Source of the DNA: Eledone cirrhosa
Lineage: Eukaryota
Length of the DNA stretch: 64,000 bases
Direction: 5' to 3'
Assembly: GCA_964016885.1 (NCBI GenBank)
Contig: OZ024742.1
Location: 182,466,001-182,530,000, forward strand
The translations under genes and the position numbers were made by a program. Positions 53,413-64,000 of this stretch are shown one piece after another. Position 1 is the stretch's first letter. Each line of letters begins with the position of its first letter. Under the pieces are notes generated by a model, which was not told where the DNA came from, searched no databases, and was given only the letters and a program-made list of their open reading frames with translations.

Positions 53413-53668
53413 TTCTTTAAGTCTCAGTCATTGATGTTATTTAACTGGAAAGTTTGTTGAAATGAATATCAAGCCGCTACCTGCAGCCTCAGATATTCAG
53501 GACGTATCGGAGGGTTCTTGCTGTTCCCAGCAAGCATGCCTTTTGAAGTGTTCCAATAAGCGGGGCTGGACTAATCTTCTTTAACCATCCTTGGAAACTC
53601 TTTGAGATAGTACCTAGTGCGCCTATGACAATCGGGACGACCTTGATTTCATGGCAGTTCCAAATCCT
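53413..53668 (-). mobile_element. 3' end of an R4/Dong-like RLE element inserted in (TAA)n
   Basis: Minus strand reads IWNCHEIKVVPIVIGALGTISK...LQKACLLGTARTLRYVLNI*, then a short UTR and (TAA)n. TAATAA is also at the 5' junction. Confidence 0.8.
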
Positions 53669-53676
53669 TATTATGA

Positions 53677-53861
53677 GGGCGGTGAATTGGCAGTATCGGT
53701 AGAGGGTCGGACGCCATGCTTTCCAGCATAGTTACGTCCCTTTACGAGCTGAGTTCAAATCCCACCGAGGTTGACTTTGCCTTTCATCCTTACGGGGTCG
53801 ATAAAATAAAGTACCAGTAATGCACTGGGTAATTGCTGGCCTTATACCTAACGTAGAAACA

Positions 53862-53911
<50 letters not shown>

Positions 53912-54098
53912 GGCGGTGCATTGACAGTATCGATAGAGGGTCGGACGCCATGCTTTGACGCATAGAGTTACGGCCCTTGCCATTCTGAGTTCAAATCCCG
54001 CCGAGGTTAACTTTGCCTTTCATCCTTACGGAGTCGATAAAATAAAGTACCAGTAATGCACTGGGATAATTGCTGGCCTTGTGCCAAAAGTAGAAACA

Positions 54099-54165
<67 letters not shown>
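53677..54165 (+). mobile_element. Two full-length Nin-like SINEs head-to-tail, each with a long (ATT)n tail
   Basis: GGCGGTG(A/C)ATTG.CAGTATCG head, B box, core and tail. The second copy starts directly in the first copy's (ATT)n. Confidence 0.88.
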
Positions 54166-54197
<32 letters not shown>

Positions 54198-55859
54198 AGT
54201 TATACATTGAACAATGTATGAATGTCTGGAGGCGTGAACGCAAAAGCCGAATATAAAGGAAATATCTCTTTTTATTAGTATCGTTCCATACAATAGTTAC
54301 AATGGTGTACAATGTACAAGCAGTGTATTTGTCTCGATATTTGTTTATTGTAACAAATGTCTATAAAAAAAAAAGTCATGACACGCTTGGAAAAATATAA
54401 TAACATAATAATTAAAGAAATTATAAAAAATAACTTAAGGAAGGAAGAGCAAGGTCCAAGGAATAAAAAAAATGTTTTAAAAAAATCTATGTAGCTTATC
54501 ATTCCTTAAACACACTCCATTGTAAATTACTTCTTGAATTCCAATTTTAAAATCAACAAAGATGATAAAAATAACTTATCAATTATAAGCAGTATGTTGC
54601 CTTATGTGAGAAAACGGGATATTTTATTTATAGATGTTATACAATCCAACTAACCTAATTTCACTCACAAGCTTTGGCTTGTCTTGAGATTATTTTAAAT
54701 TCATTTACCCTAGACTCTTGTTACCGATAGTTGTCATGTCTTGGACATATCATTTGGAGCATGGTGAGATTTTCTTTGTCGGCTGACAACTACATCAGCA
54801 CCCATCATGGCAAAGGATTTGTTGATCATTAGGTCGTGAGTTCGATTTCCGGCGACAAGTTTTGTTCTTGAACAAGATACTATATTTCGCATTGCTCCAG
54901 TCCATTCAGCTGGTAGAAAAGGTACCTGTAATTCAAAAGGCCTCTCTTGTTGCAAACTGTGTCACGCTAATCTCTTTCAAAACTTTTTAAAGAATACACG
55001 TGTCTATGGAATGTTCAACCACTTGTACTTTAATTTTATGCTCAGGTTGTTCTGTTAATCAAACAACTGCGACATTCATCCTCGGAGAGGACAGCGGTCC
55101 AACACACATTTCACTATCATCTTACTATTTTGGAGTTTCTTCTTCTTCTTCTTCTTCTTCTTCTTCTTCTTCTTCTTCTTCTTCTTTCAGTTTTATGTTG
55201 GCCTCCTTTAAACCTTTTATAAACACTCCCATAGTTTTACATATCCATTCTTCTAGTTTTTGTTATAATTCAGTAATACTATTTTATCTAACTCTTTTTT
55301 ATTTGTTTCTCTATAGCTTCCTGCTTGTCCCCCAACCCACACCCGTATCTATCTTCCTCACTTCTACCATCACCAACACCGCCACCACCTCCACAATATT
55401 ATATTAAAGGAAGCTTCATCCAATGCTTTCAAGAAGTTTCCGACGATTCTTTTTTAAATATTTAGTTTTATACTCTTTATATATATATTTTTAGAAAGCT
55501 ATTTTCCTTAATGTCGTTTTTTTTTTCTGCTGTTTATTTTAATTTGCTCAAATTGAATCGTTTGGCTTCCTCTGACTATGTTAAGATCAATATTAGACAT
55601 CTTAAATCTATTATTTATCTCTTTAAAGCGTGGTCAATGGCTGGTAGACTTGGTAAGGTGCCAGACAAAATTCTCCTCAGTATTGAATTTATCTCGAAAT
55701 ATTCTGACTTCAAATCTCACAAGGGTCAGATTTGCCTTCTTTTGTTTGAGATTCGATGAAATAAAGTACCAAATAAGTATTGGGATTGATCTAATTAAAC
55801 CTTATTCTTAAACAGTGTGCCTATGTCAGAAAACCGTATTGTTCTCCACCTTACTAAGG

Positions 55860-56480
55860 ATATTGTCAATGAAATTATTCGTTGTGGCGGATATAATTTC
55901 TTGAAAAAATAACAATGTATCCGTTGTTTATTACAAGCTAACAAACTCTACACGGCGATCACTCAGACTGATAGGAATGCTTATAATCGCAGCGTTTAGT
56001 TAAATGTAATTGTGTTCAGAAATGAATTCATGCCGGCGTTAACTTTACCATTCAGCCACACCCACTAGAGGTGTATTAAGCTTGCATGGGACTCCTGGTT
56101 GAAAGTTTCATCGGGACTCTTGCGTGTTGTTTATGGTACCAAAAACATTAATTTTCGTCCTTTAAATATTGTGGAGCAACTTAATCAGCTCTCGCCACCA
56201 CACACAAGACCGATAAAATTGTTTTATGTAGGAAACCATTAGTTTTTCACTATTTAAGATAGAAAACACATTCGTACTTTACAGAAGAATTTGGATTTAC
56301 ATTCAGGCGTTTTTCACCATAGCGCCGAGCCAACAAACGCCTCCTGGAAGAAGATTGATCATCGGAAACTGTGTGGTAACTTGTCGGAGAGAACATTACT
56401 ATTCTTAGGTAGTGGCGTTAGTCGGTCACTCTGTTTAATACCACTTGACTCTTGATTTGGTTTAACGGGGTTCATTTTGT
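55860..56480 (+). pseudogene. Possible highly degraded Tc1/mariner transposase remnant
   Basis: RSLCLIPLDS*FG near 56420-56460 resembles SPDLNPLD..WG. No TIRs found. Confidence 0.25.
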
Positions 56481-56926
56481 TTGTTACAAGCATTCAGGGC
56501 AGATCTCCGGTGTGAAGATAACTTCCTTCCTTCCTCCCACCAGTCTCGGATGCCATGAAAAAGGTCATGGACACAGCCCTTCCTCCCCTGATTAACCATG
56601 AATAAAACAAAAGAAAAAAACATGATCTTCGAACTTTCTAGAATAATTATGGTTTACAGGAAGAGAAATAACGTGTAAATAGTGGTTTCCTCTATTCCAG
56701 AAGTTAAGAGAAACAGAAAGTGAGACATGGCTTAGAAATAGGATCTTTATTGGTCGTGGAATTTTAAATACTCAGCTTGACAGCCATCCATCACTGATAA
56801 ACAACATCAAAATGAAGCTTCCGTCTCGCGCATCAAAATAGACGAATTGAACTTTGACTTCTCGAATGCTAGTCTCGTCTCTGCAATAGTACTTACATAT
56901 ATGTTGACATTAGTGATTGCGGCAAC

Positions 56927-57003
<77 letters not shown>

Positions 57004-57006
57004 CAG

Positions 57007-57089
<83 letters not shown>

Positions 57090-57138
57090 CACCAGCAGCA
57101 GCAGCAGCAGTAGTAGCAGCAGCAGCAGCAGCAGTAGT

Positions 57139-57176
<38 letters not shown>

Positions 57177-57230
57177 TAGTAGCAGCATCAGCAGAAGGGT
57201 AGTAGTAGTAGCAGTAGCAGCAGCAGCAGC
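56927..57230 (+). repeat. (TAG)n/(CAG)n compound microsatellite
   Basis: Direct inspection. Confidence 0.9.
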
Positions 57231-58311
57231 ACGACATGCAATACAGTAGGAGTGTGAACAAACTAGTGAGCGGGAGTATGCTCGATCACTCAACTTGCTC
57301 AAATCTTCCTTAAGCTATGCGTTATTATCTCTAAATGGGTAAAATAAAGATTGAATATGTCTGTCTTAGCTGGACTATTTCGAAGAAAAATATGTATCAT
57401 GATTCAGGGCTTAATTATATTTAAAGTGGAATATAATATGGTTTTAATAGGCAACAACGTAGGACCTGTTTTCTAACAAAAAGAAAAAGAAATCTCGTGA
57501 CAAGATTTTGAATAGTAACAAAGTTGAAGAATTACATGTTAAATTACAAAAGAATTACATGTTAAATTACAAAAAAATGTCGCATATTCTTCATTGTTCT
57601 ACTTGCATGTTGTAGTTGTAATTTGCATGTTACTTGGTCACTTTACTTGTCTCAAAATTCTATCTTTTCCACAACAATAGAAGTGAAAGACAAGATAAAC
57701 TAATACTTAATACAATGGACAACGATGTAATTTGTAGAAATGGTGAAGTATTTGTAACATCACTAAATAGGTTACTATGTTAAGTTATGCTGGAAGAATT
57801 TTATTTAGAGAGGTATAATTTAATATTAGTGAGTTTGCTTAATAGAACTGGAAGTGGCTGTGGACGGGTTGGTATGAGCAGATTAAAAGTATTCAAATTA
57901 TGTTCGGTGTTGTCAGAAATTCATAACATCTAGCCGACCATGTCGCTTGATATCACAGCATGCAAATATTTTGTTGTTTCTGAAAAGAACATTCAATTCT
58001 ACGTGGCTCACTTCATCTCAGAAACGATTGGGCACCTGATTCAAGGTCTTTATATATTGAGTTCGATTTTTTTTTTTTTTGAGGGATTGATACAATAAAT
58101 AAAGGTTGCCTTTTACGAATGAAATAAATCATTGTATTCTTTCTTCTTGCTGTTGTCGCGGTCTTGTGCTTTATAAGAGCCACATTAACGTAATGGAAAC
58201 TCAGTTTGCATTTAAAAAACTGTTATTGGTATTAAGACAGTGATGAGTTCTCATTGGGGGATCGTGTGACCCGGTGTCTATTTCTACTACCAGAATATTC
58301 ACAAGAAACAA

Positions 58312-58431
<120 letters not shown>

Positions 58432-59487
58432 CGTACGCCTGCCTGTGTGACCCTTACAGATTAGTTCAACCTGAGTCTGCAATCTTGTTGAAAATTTCTA
58501 TCTTACCTTAATGGCATTTTAAATCAGAACTTAAGAGTAACTAATCTCCGCAAAGGAATTTAGCCTGGCATTCTACCGTCAATCTGCCAAACCACCATCT
58601 TTATAACAACACTAACAATAATTTTGGCGACAGAAGATCAGTCTGTGTATACAGAAATAATAATAATAATGAATATAAAGATAATGATTTCTTTTATTAG
58701 CCACAAGGACCCGAGGCATTGGGGACATTGCGATAATGATGATAATGATAATAATCCTTTCTTTATTATGAATATGAACACAAAAAGGACGACAAATGAG
58801 GGGAGATTAGGAGAAGGTTACAAAATGTGTGTTTGTCGTGGCGGTTTGCTTAAATAGAAATCGAGTAAATGAAGTCGAATCTGGACTGTGTTTTGTAATA
58901 TAGAGCGTTCTGTTTAATAAGTTTTGTTCCTTGTCCTATTTTGCACTCTTTACACTGAATTAGGTTCTATTTAAGCTGATCCGGATGTTAGTTATAGCTC
59001 TTTAATTGCTAAGGGAGGGAAAGGCAAGCAGGATCTAGCTCGGGGCTCTTCATGAACTCCCTGCTACCATTATAAATTAGGTATCGACCAGGGAACCAGC
59101 TGTGATGACAATTGATGTAACGACCTCGGCTTCCTGTAAATTTAAGGTCACATTTTTTTTATCAGGGACGATAGCGTTATGTGTGTGAGTGTGCATTTTT
59201 GTAGACATGTAGTCTTGTATTTCAGTCTGTATGTGTGTATCTATGATTCTCAATATGTGTGTGTGTGTTCGAATTTCAGTGTACGGAAGTGTATGAGTGT
59301 TAACAATGTCCCCACCTCAGTTTATTCTTCACTTCAAATCACTTTCTTTTTTACATTTATACATTTATATACACTTTTTCTAAGTCACATTCTGGGCATC
59401 TTTTCTCTCTCTCTCTCTCTCTCTGTCCCCACATCCATATATATATATATAGTTGAACATTGCAAACTTGACTGTCACCACAGAATA

Positions 59488-59526
59488 TGAACCTGAAGAT
59501 TGCGAAAGCATGAAAGTACTTGTTCA
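59488..59526 (+). ncRNA. Canonical minimal type I hammerhead, family H
   Basis: TGAAC-CTGAAGA-T-TGC(GAAA)GCA-T-GAAA-GTAC-TT|GTTCA. The downstream ~120 bp match 6495-6625, where the core has decayed. Confidence 0.85.
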
Positions 59527-59637
59527 ATTAACACTTAACATTTAATATTTTACCATACTATATCATTATAATACCATTATAATTTTAAAGGATTGTAAAT
59601 AAAACGAGTAAATCAGAGAAAGTTGGAATTCCTTTTA

Positions 59638-59668
<31 letters not shown>

Positions 59669-59680
59669 CATATATATATA

Positions 59681-59779
<99 letters not shown>

Positions 59780-59909
59780 TTGTTTCCACTTTAGACACAA
59801 GGCCAGCAATTACCCAGTGCATTACTGGTACTTTATTTTATCGACCCCGTAAGGATGAAAGGCAAAGTTAACCTCGGCGGGATTATATATATTAATAAAA
59901 GGAATATAT

Positions 59910-59996
<87 letters not shown>

Positions 59997-60496
59997 AAAA
60001 AATATAAAAACAACACGAATATAAAACACCAATCAAATTGCCTAGTACCGCTTAGTTTTGATATCTTTGTTTAATTTCACTTTTATCGTAACTTCTGGCC
60101 ACATAACTGGTCATTGATCTGCCATGTGACGTCACGTGAATGCCGTCACGTGACTTAATTGTATACGTTTTATGAATTAGAAACGTTTCAGTCTCCGAAT
60201 TGGGAGATCACAGCTCCGATACTACGTACATGAGGTTAGAATGTCTCACAAACCAGCAGGAGAGACATGTGTAGATCCCCAGCAAGTTGGTTGGATAATA
60301 TCCATGGGTGGGCCCGGCTCGTCCTGCTTGTTGATCCATCACTCATACATACACACGCACACAAACATATATGAACATACATATGCATGCATACACATAT
60401 ACACATATACACATACACTACCCTTTACTTCGGACCTACTAAGTAAATAAATTATAAATACAGATACTACACATACACACACACACACACTCATAT

Positions 60497-60562
<66 letters not shown>

Positions 60563-60854
60563 TCATACATATATACATAATTATGATGTCTCTGGGGTCA
60601 GTAAGAGAAGCAGGTCAAAATTCGTCAAATTACACTCCATAGATTTTAAATGACAAGGTTCATCGTGTAATATTGAAGATACACTGTCCGTCTCAACATA
60701 GATGACATGATCATGTGTCTTTCATCGTAGTTCTTTTAGACATAACCAATATTTGTTTTCCTCTATCCATTTGCTCATTCCCTCTCCCTCTTCCCCCCCC
60801 CCTCTCTCTCTCTCTAAATAAATAGATAGGAAGGTAGGTAGATAGATAGATATA

Positions 60855-61926
60855 TTTCTTTATTAGCCACAGGGGCACAAAAGAAGGGGACAAATACAAA
60901 GGGGGAAGTTTACATACAATAAAAACGTGTAAAATGTTATCACAGATGGAATTTAAAAGTTAGTCGATTTTCCCCAATAGAGGGAGACAGTTTATATGGG
61001 TAACACAGACCCCCGAAAAAAATGTGCAACCCTCATCTCCAGGAGTACGAAGAGCTTGTACTCCTTTCCTCTCCTCCTCCTTTTCCTCAACCTACAGGCT
61101 GATATAGAGAGAAGGCCCATTCACTCGGGCCATTCTCGCCACTTTCACCCACCTTTCATAAAACTTGCTGGGGTACAGCACCTCTCTCTCCATCCTGATT
61201 CTTCTTCCAAAGTGGTATTTGAAAAAAAGAATCAGTTGTTGGCCGGAGAGAAAGGTGTCTGACCTCAGCCCTTTCAACCTTGTCCACCATACAACCTCTT
61301 TCGCCATAGCTATCACACAAAGGAAAACCGCCTCTCCTTCGTTTTTGAAGGAGGGTGGCGGTTTGATCATGACAATGGACTCGGTGGTCAACTGGATTGG
61401 TCCCACCCGCGACAATAGTCGTTCTACATAGCCCCACAGGTCAGTGACGCCCGGGCAGTGTATGAATGCGTGCGCGACGGTTTCTTCGTCTCGCACGCAC
61501 CTCGGACAGATCTTTTTTGCAGGGTCCCTGCCCGGGCGCCCATGTCTGTAGAGCTTGTCTCGAACTGGTAGAGCTCCTCGGTAGCACTGCCAGGCCAGGG
61601 ACTTTTGGAAGTTGTCCATCGGTCCCGGGCGGAAGGTCCTACCGAACAGACTGGCCAGTTCATCTTCCTCCACGCCTAGAGTTTCACCGAGCGCGTCGTC
61701 GCACTTGCTGCGGACCAACCCTCTATAGAATGACGAAGTGGAGTCTCCACTGATCGCTGGGTCCGCCTGCCAGAGGGCTGTGAGCGCCTGAGCACATTCG
61801 ATGTGCCAGTCGCCCATTTTCCTCGGTCTCTGCTTGACCCAGGACTGCAGCTCGGTCAGCGAGACGAGTCGTGGGAAGGCTCGCCTCACGAACGGGGCCC
61901 ACACCGGTTGTCCGGTGAGGAATACG
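60855..61926 (-). mobile_element. 5'-truncated Tx1-clade copy (different subfamily) inserted in (TATC)n
   Basis: Open frame 61092-~61925 clearly homologous to the ORF2 C-terminus of the large element ([44 protein letters not shown]). 3'UTR ends CCCCTGTGGCTAATAAAGAAAT. TATC repeats on both sides. Confidence 0.92.
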
Positions 61927-61969
<43 letters not shown>

Positions 61970-61990
61970 GTAGGTAGATAGATAGATTAG

Positions 61991-62057
<67 letters not shown>

Positions 62058-62142
62058 GGGGTTACTAGTTAAGACTAGTAAGGCCATTGTTCAGCTTAGG
62101 ACTCGATACTTAATATAATATGTGTGTATGTGTGTCTGTCTG

Positions 62143-62194
<52 letters not shown>

Positions 62195-62230
62195 TATATA
62201 TATATGTTTGTGCGTATATATATATATACA

Positions 62231-62266
<36 letters not shown>

Positions 62267-62299
62267 TGTATGTATGTATGTATGTTTGTATGTTTGTAT

Positions 62300-62885
62300 G
62301 GTAACATGTATCCCCGTACAACCTGTCTCATGGTCGCGTCGTTGGCGACTAAACTGGCAACCCCACCAAGGTTTCTTGGTGAGGAGGGTGACTTTGGACA
62401 TCCTGCAGGACTAAAAACAAAACCTGTCAAAGGGCAAAGGAGCTCTTAAGAGTCAATGGCCATCCAAAATCACCGGGAGAGATGATCCCTTAGCCTTTGT
62501 CAAGGCAGAATTCTAGGAGAAGGAAAACTCTGATATAACACCTGCAACTCTGATGGTATCCAATGATGTTGACTTGTTCTTCTTTTTGGTAAATATCATC
62601 TTGGTTAAGAGAGTGGGACTGGCTTTGTGCAGTGCTTTTGCTCACTATAAAAGCTTCATGGCACAGGCATTCCTTTATATCTGGAGATCTATCTGCACTT
62701 GTCGCCACATGGTACCATGGACCCAGCACTATGTGTCAATAATTGTCACAAGTGTAGTGTTTGTACCAGAGTTTTCAAGTCGCTGGCTGGACTAAAAAGT
62801 CACACTCGTTCAGCGCATCGGTAGGGGTTCTCCTACACGGATATAAAGTAGTGGCCGTACTCTAAAACGAGTTGGCAGCCACCAT
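62300..62885 (+). mobile_element. Short non-autonomous RTE-like element, copy 2
   Basis: Collinear with 1987-2512 apart from small indels, with the same 3' end GAGTTGGCAGCCACCAT. Confidence 0.7.
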
Positions 62886-63404
62886 GTTTGTATATATAGC
62901 CTTGGGTCCCAAAAAGTAGGGGGAGGGAGGATAAGTGGGGTGGGTATGTTGGAAAATTGATAATTTTTCTAGGATGTCGACCTTGATTTTTTTAAAACAA
63001 AAATTTGTCGTTTAGTTTACATATTGAGAACCTAACCCATCCTATTTATTTTATAACGTATACGATTTTTTATAATGTCATGAATAATATTTTTTTTATA
63101 ATGTTGTCATGAATAACATATTTAATGTCATGTCTAAAGAAAATTAATTGTCACAGGAATGCTACCACTTAAAATAAAATTTCGCCGGAGATAGATTGGT
63201 AAAATTTAATAAATGCGGGGGAGACGGTGAATAAGAGCTGGTGGATTGGAAAAAAATCTGAAAAAAATCTGAAAATCTGAAGCGATGGGTGGAACGATTA
63301 CTCGGGACCGGCTAAAGTGGAAGATGCTAGATGGTCGGTCGTCCTCGGGTCTATGATTTTCAGCCCCATGGATTTTATCTGTTACATTCATTTATTATTT
63401 TCGA

Positions 63405-63462
63405 ATACCTGATGATATCACCGGATTCATACGGAACCCGGTCATTGAAATGATCATAGTAT
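63405..63462 (+). ncRNA. Canonical type I hammerhead
   Basis: ATAC-CTGATGA-stem II (ACCGG..CCGGT)-GAAA-TGATCA-TA|GTAT, then AATAAA and (TA)n. Confidence 0.8.
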
Positions 63463-63509
63463 AATAAACCTTTCAAGGATTTACACAAGTTCAGCCTTCT
63501 GTGTTATTT

Positions 63510-63565
<56 letters not shown>

Positions 63566-64000
63566 CATATATATACACACACACACAAGTGCACTCACAC
63601 ATACAGATATAGATATATACACAGGCACACGCACGCACACCCTTACACTGACACACATATAGATGCTTTATCCCTCTGTTTGGCTGCCTATGTATATGTG
63701 TGTATGTACGTATGTGTATGTGTGTCTGTGTTAAGCATGCTCAGTCTGAATATGAAATGAGCCTTGATGTTTTACCCGCAACTTGTCGACAAAATGGCAG
63801 AAAGGAAAACAAAAGCCATAGGTATTAAAACGAACCTCAGTTCAATCTTTATGGCGCCCCTTACGACCCTATATGTCATGGGAATCGTCACTAATAGCTT
63901 TTTAGCAACCACTTTACCTCAAACTATCCATATTGTTTTTTTCTGCATCTGACTCTCTTCCTTTCTTCCTGCCTCCCTCTCCCCTCTAGCTCCGCATCCT

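Noticed and set aside
62897-63314. MITE with TAGCC..GGTCCC-type inverted ends
   Set aside because: Inverted match is short and imperfect, and there is no second copy in the window.

Overview
AT-rich, microsatellite-saturated animal DNA with no convincing host protein-coding gene. The SINE repertoire and the (TA)n/(CA)n/(GA)n density suggest a cephalopod (octopus-like) genome, which is an inference. The window holds: (1) a near full-length, disrupted L1/Tx1-clade non-LTR retrotransposon (~10793-16621) in an (ATT)n tract, with truncated relatives in (ATT)n and (TATC)n; (2) many tRNA-derived SINEs, often in tandem arrays, whose 3' tail resembles the Tx1 3' end; (3) RTE, R4/Dong-like, Penelope-like and mariner-like remnants and a non-autonomous Helitron; (4) a ~4.8 kb near-identical tandem duplication and a ~60 bp minisatellite; (5) most strikingly, over a dozen type I hammerhead-ribozyme motifs from roughly ten unrelated short repeat families. 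These sit next to (TA)n tracts, some in 320-430 bp tandem units (retrozyme or Penelope pLTR-like), some with recurrent non-canonical cores, and many in fold-back palindromes that invert at hammerhead stem II. Nearly all ORFs in the track are microsatellite artefacts. Structures and alignments were read by eye and element boundaries are approximate.
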